DNA from: Candidatus Latescibacterota bacterium
GTDB lineage: Bacteria > Latescibacterota > UBA2968 > UBA8231
Length of the DNA: 64,000 bases
Assembly (NCBI GenBank): GCA_965261395.1
Contig: OZ253462.1
Coordinates: 1,472,001-1,536,000 of the forward strand
Direction: 5' to 3'
Shown here: positions 9,594 to 18,933 of the stretch, one piece after another
Position numbering within the stretch: position 1 is the stretch's first letter
Layout: the number at the start of each line of letters is the position of its first letter
Position numbers and translations under genes: made by a program
The notes under the pieces: model-generated
Databases searched by the model: none
Seen by the model: the letters and a program-made list of their open reading frames with translations, nothing else
What the model was told of the DNA's origin: nothing

Positions 9594-10409
9594 CTACGAT
9601 TTGGATAGCGAGCGCAAGTAGTCGCGGAATTCGACGGTGTCGGTGAGGTTGTTGCCCCCGAACTCCAACTCGAGCCAGCCGTTGTATCCCGTTTGATCCA
9701 TGATATTGAGAATGTGCGGCCAGTCGAGTTCGTCGTCTGCCAAGGAGGTCACGCCGCTCTGGCTGTTGACGCCGCGCACATGGAAGTGCGTGGCGTGCTG
9801 GAGCAGCGGATCGACCTCGTCGGTCGCGAAGCCGCGCGGGACGAAGTGGCCGTAGTCGAGCGTCAGGGTCAGCCCCGGGACCGCTTGTACCAACGCGGCG
9901 GCGCGCTCGGGGGTGTTGGCGAGCGAGCCGATGTGCGGCTCTATGGCGAAGACGACGTCGTGCGTCTGCGCCTGCTCCACTCGCCACGCCAGCTCCTCGG
10001 CGGCGCGGGCCGTAGAGTCGGGTTTTGGCTCGTGATCGAAGAAGGCTCCGGGTAGGCCGGTGACGTGCTTGCCGTCGCACTCGGCCGCGTAGTCGAGGAC
10101 CTTGAGGAAAGCTTCGCGCGCGTGGTGGCGGATCTCGGGCTGTGGGTGGTTGACGGCGTGGGATTCGTAGTCGAGGGCCAGTTGCAGGAACAGGTCAGCG
10201 GCGACTAGGCCGTTGTCCGCTAGCTGCTGCCCGAGGGCGCGCCCAGAGCGCTGGACGTTTTCGAACTCAGTGGAAGGCTGCAAGTGCGAGCGATCTTCGA
10301 AAAGCCCAATATCCACGCCCTTTAGCCCCAGCATGGAGATGAGCGTCAATACTTGCTCGTGTGGCAGGATGGGAAAGGTAAAGTCAGCGCACGCTAGTTT
10401 GAGCTGCAT
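9594..10409 (-). CDS. Sugar phosphate isomerase/epimerase (xylose isomerase-like TIM barrel)
   Basis: IEPH, LDYGHF, HFHVR and WLELEF metal-binding motifs; RBS ggagg before ATG 10409. Confidence 0.85.
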   Translation of the reverse strand: MQLKLACADFTFPILPHEQVLTLISMLGLKGVDIGLFEDRSHLQPSTEFENVQRSGRALGQQLADNGLVAADLFLQLALDYESHAVNHPQPEIRHHAREAFLKVLDYAAECDGKHVTGLPGAFFDHEPKPDSTARAAEELAWRVEQAQTHDVVFAIEPHIGSLANTPERAAALVQAVPGLTLTLDYGHFVPRGFATDEVDPLLQHATHFHVRGVNSQSGVTSLADDELDWPHILNIMDQTGYNGWLELEFGGNNLTDTVEFRDYLRSLSKS

Positions 10410-10476
10410 GGATCCTCCGTTATTTGTCAAGGCTTCGCCTAGCAGAGAAAGGCCGTTTATTCCAATCCCTGTATTA

Positions 10477-12558
10477 CTACCACCACGTAGGAACACCTAG
10501 GATAGTTGCCCGCCGTTGGCGGGTTTCTACAATCATATTGGTGTCGGTGGAATAGACGCGACGGATCGGGTCTTTCGAGACAACACCCCCTAAGTACTGG
10601 CCATCCTCGCGGAACCAGCGCAAGCTCTTCTTTTCAAGGAGCCCGAAAGAAGTCTGCGCGACGACTAGATCACCACCATCGAAGGTATCGACAAGAGTGA
10701 GCAACGCGTCATCGCGCAGTACATAGAGCCGCGTGTCCGTAAGCAAGTAGATATAATTACCCGTGTCCACGATCCTGCGGGGTACACTGCCGATGTCATA
10801 AACCCGTACGCCCTCTCCCTTGTCATTGACCAGAACGACGCGGCCGGAGTACCCGGCGAGATAGACCGCGTCCGATTTCGCTGCGAAGCCAGCAGCATAT
10901 ATCCAGTCGGCGGCATAAATCTCGTCGCTGACCATGCTTCTGGTGAATTTGATTCCACCCGTCTCAAACTCCTTGCTTTCCATCTCGTGGACGAAGGTGG
11001 CACCGGTAAAGCGTGGGAGTGCACTCGCTTCGATGCCGGTCAATACCTCCGCCGCCGCAGTAAGTGCCTTCATCTTATCGCTGGCCTCGGGGTCTCCCGG
11101 GTTGAGGTCGGGATGCCATTGCTTGCCGAGATCCCAATAGCGCCGTTTTAGGATCTCCGGGGTGATTGGGAATGACAGGCCCATGAGGGTGAGCGCACGG
11201 TCTATGTCGGTGCTTGTCCCGAATTCGCTGCTTGGCGTGGCGACCCGTGTCCAGCCTTCCTTGACTGGCAGCTTGGTGCCCCATAGCCCCCTTCCGCCGA
11301 TGTCCACGCACCACGCCTCATCCACCGTGGTAAAGAGGTAGCGGTTCGCATCCCGTGAAAGCGCGACGCAGCGAATATGATTCTTGAGTTGATCGTCCGG
11401 GATATCAAACCGCTTCCTCAAGGCGAGGATCTCGGGCGCATCAATGAGAGAAGTTTCCAGCATCGGATCGCATTGGTCGTCGTAAGCGTGGACGATACAG
11501 TCCCGCGACATAGCGATCAAACCACGGCCGATAGGGTGGACGCCGACACGGGACACGCCGTGCTGGAGCCTCTTCTTCACCGCCAACTCACCAGCTCGGT
11601 CGTAACGCAGAGCCGCCGCCTCAATCTGACCGAGACCATCGGCCTTGCCGAGATCGTCGATCATCACGATTCCGGAATCGGTTGGGTACATTTGACGAAA
11701 GGCGGTGTCCGGACGTTGAGATGGCGGTATCTTCTCGACGGTCGCGATACGCCAGTTGGAGTCACGAACCTCGAAAGGATCCTTCGCTTCGGAAATCATC
11801 GCCCGCTCGCGCCCGGTCTGCTCCTCCTCCCATCGCTCTGGTGCGCGTGGTAACGGCACGTAGTTGAGAGAAGATACGTCGATCTCCCGCAGTCTCGGTG
11901 GCTTTTGGTCGGTCCGATGCGACTTAATGATCCGTTTCTGGGGAGGTGCTGGAATATCCGGTGAATCTGATGGCAAGAGCCTGTACGTGCGGCCCGCCTT
12001 AACCCGTACGATCTTCTTGGCTTTATCGAGATAGGAGATGAGGTTCGCGACCCGGCGACCGTCTACTTCTCCGATCAGTCCCTTGACCTCAGTCTGGAGG
12101 CAGTTCGGCTGAGTGGCGACCGCCTCAAGGATGGCTTTGAATAGCTGCCGGTCCAGCTGGTGTCGCTGGATTTCCTCGGTCCACGGCTCGAGCTCTGGCA
12201 TAGACGCTATGATCTCACTCATCCAAGTGAGACCCTCATCATCACCGACGAGAGCGAGGACCGTCCCACCCTGCTGCAGAGCGGGAATCATACCAATGGC
12301 GAAGGATCCGTAATCGCTGCACCATTCCTTCACCAAGCCAGGGATGTACCGGAGGTTCTCATGCACGAGCCGTGCGGCCTCTTCAAAGTCACGTCTGGAG
12401 ACGGCTGCCTGCATTCGGGACATGGTATCGAAATAGGCGTCACTGACCCGGTACTCGTGCGAGCAGGATGAATGGTGGAGAACCTGCTTCTCATCGTTGC
12501 TACGCTGGCTATTGGGTAAGGCAGCGTCCGTTCCGAACGATTGTCTGATAAAACGCAA
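10477..12558 (-). CDS. Multidomain protein with internal DnaJ (J) domain, winged-helix-like segment and beta-propeller-like repeats
   Basis: LKRRYWDLGKQWHPDLNPGDPEASDKMKALTAAAEVL with HPD motif; beta-strand-rich flanks; codon style differs from neighbours. Confidence 0.75.
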   Translation of the reverse strand: MRFIRQSFGTDAALPNSQRSNDEKQVLHHSSCSHEYRVSDAYFDTMSRMQAAVSRRDFEEAARLVHENLRYIPGLVKEWCSDYGSFAIGMIPALQQGGTVLALVGDDEGLTWMSEIIASMPELEPWTEEIQRHQLDRQLFKAILEAVATQPNCLQTEVKGLIGEVDGRRVANLISYLDKAKKIVRVKAGRTYRLLPSDSPDIPAPPQKRIIKSHRTDQKPPRLREIDVSSLNYVPLPRAPERWEEEQTGRERAMISEAKDPFEVRDSNWRIATVEKIPPSQRPDTAFRQMYPTDSGIVMIDDLGKADGLGQIEAAALRYDRAGELAVKKRLQHGVSRVGVHPIGRGLIAMSRDCIVHAYDDQCDPMLETSLIDAPEILALRKRFDIPDDQLKNHIRCVALSRDANRYLFTTVDEAWCVDIGGRGLWGTKLPVKEGWTRVATPSSEFGTSTDIDRALTLMGLSFPITPEILKRRYWDLGKQWHPDLNPGDPEASDKMKALTAAAEVLTGIEASALPRFTGATFVHEMESKEFETGGIKFTRSMVSDEIYAADWIYAAGFAAKSDAVYLAGYSGRVVLVNDKGEGVRVYDIGSVPRRIVDTGNYIYLLTDTRLYVLRDDALLTLVDTFDGGDLVVAQTSFGLLEKKSLRWFREDGQYLGGVVSKDPIRRVYSTDTNMIVETRQRRATILGVPTWW

Positions 12559-12618
12559 TATTATTCTCCTTAAACGAAAATTTCCTAACGTATCATTGCT
12601 GAGTGAGGGAATCTTTAA

Positions 12619-14145
12619 TTAAGGCGCGTACAGATTGTGCGATCGGTATTGAAAAAAGATCATCCGCCGATTTTGCTCCCCCGTCCACGGATAAGCTCCG
12701 TGCGCCTGCGCCGACCCCAAGAATAGCAGCACGTCGCCCGCCTTCATGGCCACGTGTTTGACCAACCCCATTTCGTTTTCGCAGGTGTGGATGCCGTCGG
12801 GCATGGGATAGGCGGTTTTGTGCGAGCCGGGCACGCAGACAAAGCCCCCGTCGGCCGGCGTCACATCGCGCAATTGCCAAGCCACGTTGAGATATTCGGC
12901 GTACACGCGGCCATTCTGCTGCCGGTAGTGGTTAGTCGCCTTGGCTGGCGTGGCCGGGGAGTGCAAAGAGTGCCCGGACGACCCTTTTCCGGACAGGAAG
13001 CCGTTGCACATCATGCACTCGAAGCCGCTGCCCATGATCCAGTTCAGGCGCTGGACGAGTGCCGGATCGGCGATCATGCGCTGGAACGGCTCGCCGTATG
13101 GCGCGGGCAAGCCCCACGGGTTGCCCATGGACGAGCGGCCGACCCCGGTGCCGGCTAGCGGCGTTGAATCGCCGGCAGCCGATCCGCCGTGGCTAATCCG
13201 GTCGGGATTTTGGTCGATAGATTCGTTGGCCGCTGCCAGCCATTCCTCGTCCATCACCCCCCGCAAAACGAGGTGGCCGCACAGATCCCAGTGGAAAAAT
13301 TCCTTTTCGTCAATCTCGGAATCTGGGTCGCGGATGTAGATCGAGGGATGGAAAACCCCTGGTTCCTCTGCCAGCCAAACCTTTTCGCCGTCCGAATGCA
13401 CCACTGGCGGCGGGTACGGGCGGTTGGGATTGTGCAAGACGGCGCGCTGGATATCGGTCAGATCGTCGGCCCACTCGGGCAGCGCGCTGTCGTCGCCGCG
13501 GATTTCGGACGCCGCCCCTGGCCGCACGGCGGAGCTGATGTACCCGCATTCGAGTAGGCGTTGCGGCCCCGCGCCCTGCCAAGGCCGCAAGCCCCGCATC
13601 AGCGACTCGGTGCAGAGCAGGAGGTCGCCCGCCTGCAAGACCGGCTGCTCGACGAGTTCCATAGGATCGGTTCCGTCAATTAGGTCTTGCGGGGCCGGGA
13701 CCGTGCTGTTGTGGCTGGCCGGTACTACCACCAATCCTCCATCCTCTGCGCCCACGTCCGCCAGCGCCCAGAAGGCCCGCACCCCCTGGCAGAAGCGATT
13801 CCCATTGTACTGGCGATACGCCCGCGACCAATCCACCCACTCGTCGCCCCCCGACAGGTCCGTCGCTTCGGCGCATGACTCGACGAGCCGCGGCGATTCG
13901 TCGAGCCGGAAGTCCTCACCGCAAATTTGCTCCAGATACTGCATTAGCACTGGATGCTCGCGCAGGGCGCGCAGGGGATTGCAAGCGGGCGACGTCCAGC
14001 GCAGCGGACCGTTATCAAACGCTAGCTGGTCCAGTGCCTGATTGCAGGCGTTCAGTTCGGCTGCCGTCAGGACGCTGGGGACGATCATGTACCCCGCTAC
14101 GTCGAAGCGGTAGTTTTCTTCGTTGGTCATCGTCTTGTCGTCCAT
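12619..14145 (-). CDS. Tandem two-domain phytanoyl-CoA dioxygenase (PhyH) family protein
   Basis: Two repeats of FDxxGY/H..., GGxxxVPxSH and AGDxLL; RBS gaggagg before ATG 14145. Confidence 0.85.
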   Translation of the reverse strand: MDDKTMTNEENYRFDVAGYMIVPSVLTAAELNACNQALDQLAFDNGPLRWTSPACNPLRALREHPVLMQYLEQICGEDFRLDESPRLVESCAEATDLSGGDEWVDWSRAYRQYNGNRFCQGVRAFWALADVGAEDGGLVVVPASHNSTVPAPQDLIDGTDPMELVEQPVLQAGDLLLCTESLMRGLRPWQGAGPQRLLECGYISSAVRPGAASEIRGDDSALPEWADDLTDIQRAVLHNPNRPYPPPVVHSDGEKVWLAEEPGVFHPSIYIRDPDSEIDEKEFFHWDLCGHLVLRGVMDEEWLAAANESIDQNPDRISHGGSAAGDSTPLAGTGVGRSSMGNPWGLPAPYGEPFQRMIADPALVQRLNWIMGSGFECMMCNGFLSGKGSSGHSLHSPATPAKATNHYRQQNGRVYAEYLNVAWQLRDVTPADGGFVCVPGSHKTAYPMPDGIHTCENEMGLVKHVAMKAGDVLLFLGSAQAHGAYPWTGEQNRRMIFFQYRSHNLYAP

Positions 14146-14270
14146 AAGGTCCTCCTCGCGGTTCTCGGCCGGATCGACAGATCCCTTTGTGATTACTCGG
14201 CAATTTGGTATCATAGTAGCCCGTAAAAAAATGACGCGCAACTAACGCCTTATGGCAGAGGAGGTTCGCC

Positions 14271-15275
14271 GTGAAAATCACCCAAGTAGAGCTATACGAA
14301 GTCGAAATCCCGCCGATCCCGGTGATCGCCCGCTACTTTCCCAAGATCTACGATATCACCCTCTGCCGCGTGCAAACGGACGAGGGCTTGGAGGGCTGGG
14401 GCGAGTTCCTCAGCAAAAAGTCTGCTGGTCAGGAGCAAGCCGACGCCCTCGTGGGCCAAGACCCGCTGGCCTTGGACCCGTACAACCGTCCAGACGCTTT
14501 CACCTGCGCCTTGCTCGACATTGCGGGTCAAGCCTACGGCATTCCGCTGCACCGCTTCTTTGGGGCGCAGGTGCGCGACAAGGTGCCGGTGTCGTACTGG
14601 TCGTGCCCCATGACGCCAGAAGAGACTGCGGCCGAGGCGGAAATAGGGGCCGAGCAGGGCTTTAGTAACCACAAGCTCAAGGCGCGCTCGTGGAATATCG
14701 TCGAGACGGTGCGGCTGATGAAAGAAGCGGCGGGTGCCGACTACACGGTCGGCATTGATCCCAATACTGAATTCGCCCTGCTGCCCACTGGCGCGCGCTT
14801 GGCGAGCGAATTGGAGCCTTTTGGCACGGTGTCGGTCTTTGAAGATCCCATCCTCAAAAACAACCTCGAATGGTACCGCATCCTGCGCGAAAAGACCCAC
14901 ATCCCCATCGCCCTGCACTTGGGAGCACCGTCCGGCGTGCTGGCGGCGCTCAAGGCCGAGTGCATCGACTACGTGAATTTGAGCGGCTCGGCGATGCAAG
15001 TGCGGAAGGCAGCGGCGCTGGCGGAGGCTGCGGACGTGCCCTGCTGGATCCAGATGGGCGGGTTGTGTACCGGGGTGATGGCGGCCTACTCGGTGCATCT
15101 ACAGGCGACGTTGCCCAACGCGACGCTGCCTTGCGATGAGCTGCCCTTTACGCGGGAGGCCGATGTTGTGGCCGAGGGGTTGGCGCTGGAGAAGGGGCAC
15201 TTTGCCGTGCCCACAGGGTCGGGGTTGGGGATCAAGGTTGATATGGAGGTGGTCGAGCGCTATCGCGTCGCTTGA
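14271..15275 (+). CDS. Mandelate racemase/muconate lactonizing enzyme family protein
   Basis: ALLDIAGQAYGIPL, KLK, DPN, FEDP and PTGSGLG motifs. Confidence 0.9.
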   Translation: MKITQVELYEVEIPPIPVIARYFPKIYDITLCRVQTDEGLEGWGEFLSKKSAGQEQADALVGQDPLALDPYNRPDAFTCALLDIAGQAYGIPLHRFFGAQVRDKVPVSYWSCPMTPEETAAEAEIGAEQGFSNHKLKARSWNIVETVRLMKEAAGADYTVGIDPNTEFALLPTGARLASELEPFGTVSVFEDPILKNNLEWYRILREKTHIPIALHLGAPSGVLAALKAECIDYVNLSGSAMQVRKAAALAEAADVPCWIQMGGLCTGVMAAYSVHLQATLPNATLPCDELPFTREADVVAEGLALEKGHFAVPTGSGLGIKVDMEVVERYRVA

Positions 15276-15288
15276 GAAAGAAAGACTC

Positions 15289-15486
15289 ATGAAGCCATTC
15301 GAGAAATGCCCAGTATGCAGCGGGGAGTTGGTGAGAAAGGACGTTGAAAAACTTCTCCATGGCGGAAAGCATACTGCCGTGATTAGCGTTTCTGCAGAAG
15401 TATGCCTTCATTGCGGAGAAAGATTGTATTCAGAGGATACAGTCAGACGTTTTGAAGAAATCCGTGTAAAACTAGCCCATGAATAA
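15289..15486 (+). CDS. YgiT/MqsA-type zinc-finger protein (antitoxin-like, no toxin partner)
   Basis: CPVC...CLHCGERLYS pattern. Confidence 0.75.
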   Translation: MKPFEKCPVCSGELVRKDVEKLLHGGKHTAVISVSAEVCLHCGERLYSEDTVRRFEEIRVKLAHE

Positions 15487-16471
15487 ATCAGAAAGTTACG
15501 ACCCCAAGCCGAGTATGCTGCTGTCACCGGCGCAGCTGGACGAGTTCAAAGCAGAGGGGGCGCTCGCGATTCCGGGATTGGTACCTCCTGATGTGCTTGA
15601 CGGGTGGCAAGCCCAAATACGCGGCGCTTGCTCCGACGGCGTCGACCTCGACGACCCCAACACCTGGCCTGCCGGGCGGTATGCACCCGAGGGTGGTTGG
15701 CCCGAGCTCAGCCCCAACCTGTACGAGTTACCGAGCCTGCGGTCCATCGTGGAGCAGATCGGTGGCGGTGCTTTTGCCCCTTCCCACCCGGCGGGGCAGC
15801 CGTGGACGCCGCAGATTCCAATGACGCGGGTGATCCTGCCGAGCGCTCCGGGCACGGAGTGGGCATCCCCTGTCGATGGTCACCTCGATGGGTATGCGAC
15901 AGGCTGGGGCGGTGGGTTCATGGCGTTCTTCGCCGTGCTGCTCTGGGACGTCAGTAGCCCTACGGGCGGAGGCACGGCCTACTGGCCAAGGTCGCACCTG
16001 GCCAACCACCGATACTTCCTCGAGCACCCCGAGCAATTCGACGGTTCGTACCTCTTCACAGAGCCCGTGCGGAGTGGCGGGCACCGGGCGCTCTTGGAGG
16101 GGGATCTCAGTGTGGGCGAGGTGGTATGTATGACGGGGCGAGCTGGCGACGCCATGCTGCTCCACGGCCTCACTACGCACGTCGGCTCGGCTAACGCGGC
16201 GGGGTCAAAGCAACCGCGAGTGGCGCAGTTTGCACGGTACTCCCACAGGGAAATGCGCGAGCAGGCACCCATGGTCATGTTTCCTGACAAGGATGGCACG
16301 CCATGGTCGCCCCCGACGCCGTCACCGCACGTTGGCAACACCCCGGTGGAGCGTGACGAGCAAGCGGCGGCGACAGGTTTTCTACCGCCGGGGCACCCAG
16401 GCCGGAGGCTCAAGCGATACGACGTACCGCGGAACCTCTGGAAATATTGGCCCCCTGCTCTCAATACCTAA
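15479..16471 (+). CDS. Phytanoyl-CoA dioxygenase (PhyH) family protein
   Basis: GHLDG HxD motif, GGGTAYWPRSH, AGDAMLLHGLTTH. Confidence 0.8.
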   Translation: MNKSESYDPKPSMLLSPAQLDEFKAEGALAIPGLVPPDVLDGWQAQIRGACSDGVDLDDPNTWPAGRYAPEGGWPELSPNLYELPSLRSIVEQIGGGAFAPSHPAGQPWTPQIPMTRVILPSAPGTEWASPVDGHLDGYATGWGGGFMAFFAVLLWDVSSPTGGGTAYWPRSHLANHRYFLEHPEQFDGSYLFTEPVRSGGHRALLEGDLSVGEVVCMTGRAGDAMLLHGLTTHVGSANAAGSKQPRVAQFARYSHREMREQAPMVMFPDKDGTPWSPPTPSPHVGNTPVERDEQAAATGFLPPGHPGRRLKRYDVPRNLWKYWPPALNT

Positions 16472-16585
16472 TTCGTCGCCTGAGATCGTCTGGCCGTAGG
16501 TAAATGCCCGGTTCATTATGGCCTTCGCACTGCCGTATACAGGAAATTTCATAATTATTATTCTCAATATATTACAATAAGTTAT

Positions 16586-17631
16586 ACGTGATGTGTGACT
16601 TTTTTATTCAATGGCGATCCCTCCCCTATCTTATTTGTGCGACCAAACCGATAGGGATCATCTCGGAGGGATCACCATCATGTATAAAGTAGAAGATTTT
16701 GTCATTGCCATCTATTGCTTGATCGAGGACGAATTGTATCCGGCGTTCTGCCAGCAGCATGGCCTTCCTCGTCGGGCGGGTTTCCCCCCGGCGTTAAGCG
16801 ACATCGAATGCCTGACGGTCGAGTGGGTCGGTCCGTATCTGGGCTATACCACCCAAAAACAACTCTACGAGCAGATGCACGACCGCTGGAACACTTGGTT
16901 TCCGGCCCTACGCGACCGAGTCGCCTTCGGACGCCAGTGCGCCAACCTCTGGCAGGTCAAAGCCTGGATGCATCATCACATCGTTGAGCGATTGGGCGGT
17001 TATCAGGCTCCCTGCCAAATCATAGATACGCTCCCGGTGCCGATCTGCCATGCCGCGCGCCGATTTCAACGCCGAATTTTCCGCACCGAGTCCGTCGGCG
17101 CATGTCCGGCACCGACCCTCGGCTATGGTGCGGCCAAAGACGAAGTCTACTTTGGCTTTAAAGGCGGCCTGCGCATCACCGACTATGGCCTGATTGTCCA
17201 CGCGCCGCTGCTGCCGGCCTATGGCCATGACAGCACCTGTCGCGACCCGCTCTTAGCCGGCCTGCAGACCCCCACGCAGGTGCTCGGCGATGCCGCCTTT
17301 TTAGCCTTGGATCGACAACAGGAACTCCAACAGCACCACCTCCACCTGCTGACCCCCCTCAAACGCAATATGCAGCCCACCGAGGCGCGAAAGCCCTTTG
17401 TCGCCCCCGCTTGGGCGCTAAGGCTCCGACGACGTATCGAAACCGTCTATGCCCAATTGGTACAACGCTTCCACGTCCAAACCATCAAAGTCCGCGATGC
17501 GTGGCATTTGCAGAGCCTATGGACCACCAAAATACTCACCCATTCGATCTGCGTATGGCTCAATATACGCCTCAAACGAAAACCGCTGGACTTGGAAGGA
17601 CTCGTCCAATGGTAAAAGTCACACATCACGT
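16586..17631 (+). mobile_element. IS982-family insertion sequence
   Basis: 18-bp perfect terminal IRs acgtgatgtgtgactttt; target duplication AAGTTAT at 16579-16585 and 17632-17638. Confidence 0.92.
16680..17615 (+). CDS. IS982-family DDE transposase
   Basis: IIDTLPVPIC, YFGFKG, LGDAAF and RRRIETVYAQL motifs. Confidence 0.92.
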   Translation: MYKVEDFVIAIYCLIEDELYPAFCQQHGLPRRAGFPPALSDIECLTVEWVGPYLGYTTQKQLYEQMHDRWNTWFPALRDRVAFGRQCANLWQVKAWMHHHIVERLGGYQAPCQIIDTLPVPICHAARRFQRRIFRTESVGACPAPTLGYGAAKDEVYFGFKGGLRITDYGLIVHAPLLPAYGHDSTCRDPLLAGLQTPTQVLGDAAFLALDRQQELQQHHLHLLTPLKRNMQPTEARKPFVAPAWALRLRRRIETVYAQLVQRFHVQTIKVRDAWHLQSLWTTKILTHSICVWLNIRLKRKPLDLEGLVQW

Positions 17632-17706
17632 AAGTTATGTATAATACATCAACCTCGCGGTATTGGTTTGCGACGGTTCACACGAATACGTACCTTCGTC
17701 TTTAGA

Positions 17707-17763
17707 TAAGTAACATATAGTGGCCATTACCCGAACCAGTTATTCGGGTACAAGCAGATATAT
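17707..17763 (+). repeat. attC-like repeat, copy A (core site degenerate, GATATAT)
   Basis: Near-identical to 27057-27113; AAGTAAC ... tacccgaa/ttcgggta hairpin ... caagca. Confidence 0.65.
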
Positions 17764-17907
17764 GAAAGGGAAAAATCTGAATCCTTGTGGAACATCTCCA
17801 GTGTCTCTGTTTGCGATTGGGATACTGTCGGGTGAAGTCACTACCGCACAAGATATGGAGTTCGCAGTTTATGCCTAAGGTTAGCGAAAATCACGGGGAA
17901 GTGTTTG

Positions 17908-18513
17908 ATGGTTGAAAAATTGCCCACTGGGAAGAAACTATCCTTTGAAGAGTACGAACTCTTTTACAAGTCTACTGAAAAGGTCACGGATTGGCGCCAT
18001 GCCGCGAACCGGTGGAATTACTCAATCTGTTTGGCTCTCCTCATCGCCATAGTTGCGCTTGGGAGATGGGGTCTATCTGATCCAAAGCTGTTGGCTATAT
18101 CGATTTTAGCAATGATTATTCTCGCATTAATGGCTATTCTTTTTTGCTCCCTTTGGATTGAGCAGATTGAGGATTTCAAAGCTCTAAATAATGAGAAATT
18201 TTCCGTACTAAACGAAATGGCAGAACATGTCGTGTTTAGTGCTGACATGAATGATCCCCGTATGTCTTACTCGCCCTTCGAGCGAGAATGGGAGCAATTT
18301 AATAGAAAGAAAGAGCATAAGGGTACACAAATCATCGCACTAGAATCGACTAAACTCGAATATTGGGTCCCCAAAGCATTTCGCATCGTTTATGCCTGCA
18401 TTCTTGTATTCGTAACGGTGATTTTTATTATAAATTGGGAAGAGATCCGAAACACGACTCTACAACTCCCCTCTAAGCCACCAGCATCTGTCATCAGTGA
18501 AACTAAAAACTAA
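17908..18513 (+). CDS. Three-TM membrane protein resembling the RipA/'octameric membrane protein' type; putative defence effector
   Basis: FEEYELFYKSTEKVTDWRHAANRW, two TMs, W...I..FK.LN..KF.VLNEM, PFEREW, third TM; family name recalled from pattern, not searched. Confidence 0.6.
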   Translation: MVEKLPTGKKLSFEEYELFYKSTEKVTDWRHAANRWNYSICLALLIAIVALGRWGLSDPKLLAISILAMIILALMAILFCSLWIEQIEDFKALNNEKFSVLNEMAEHVVFSADMNDPRMSYSPFEREWEQFNRKKEHKGTQIIALESTKLEYWVPKAFRIVYACILVFVTVIFIINWEEIRNTTLQLPSKPPASVISETKN

Positions 18514-18902
18514 TGCCATTTCTATATGTAATCATGCCTGTCGGTGGAGATCCCCAAGCTGACAGTAAAAAAGCGATTATCGCTCAAGCTGCCCATGAAT
18601 TAGGAGTAGACGTCATCCTTCCTCAATATTCACTAATCAAACCTACATTCCAGCTTGATTATACGATTGAGGTGATTGAAAAGTGCGACTTCGCCCTCGC
18701 GGACCTATCGTTTGAACGTCCAAGTTGTTACTACGAACTAGGACTCGTCGAGGCTCGGAAAAAAGATGTGGTCATCGTCGCCAAAGTAGGAACCGATATA
18801 CATCAAACATGGGCACGTAACCGAGTACATGAGTACAAAACAGCTACTGACTATCCAACTGTCACGAGGTCTGCCTTAAAGAGCTTACTTGCTGGCCGCT
18901 AA
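18513..18902 (+). CDS. Nucleoside 2-deoxyribosyltransferase-like (N-glycosidase fold) protein
   Basis: YVIMP N-terminal strand; IEKCDFALADLSFERPSCYYELG with catalytic-type Glu; start overlaps upstream stop (TAATG). Confidence 0.75.
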   Translation: MPFLYVIMPVGGDPQADSKKAIIAQAAHELGVDVILPQYSLIKPTFQLDYTIEVIEKCDFALADLSFERPSCYYELGLVEARKKDVVIVAKVGTDIHQTWARNRVHEYKTATDYPTVTRSALKSLLAGR

Positions 18903-18933
18903 TGGGCTTATAATGAACTAGGAAAGGACTTGT

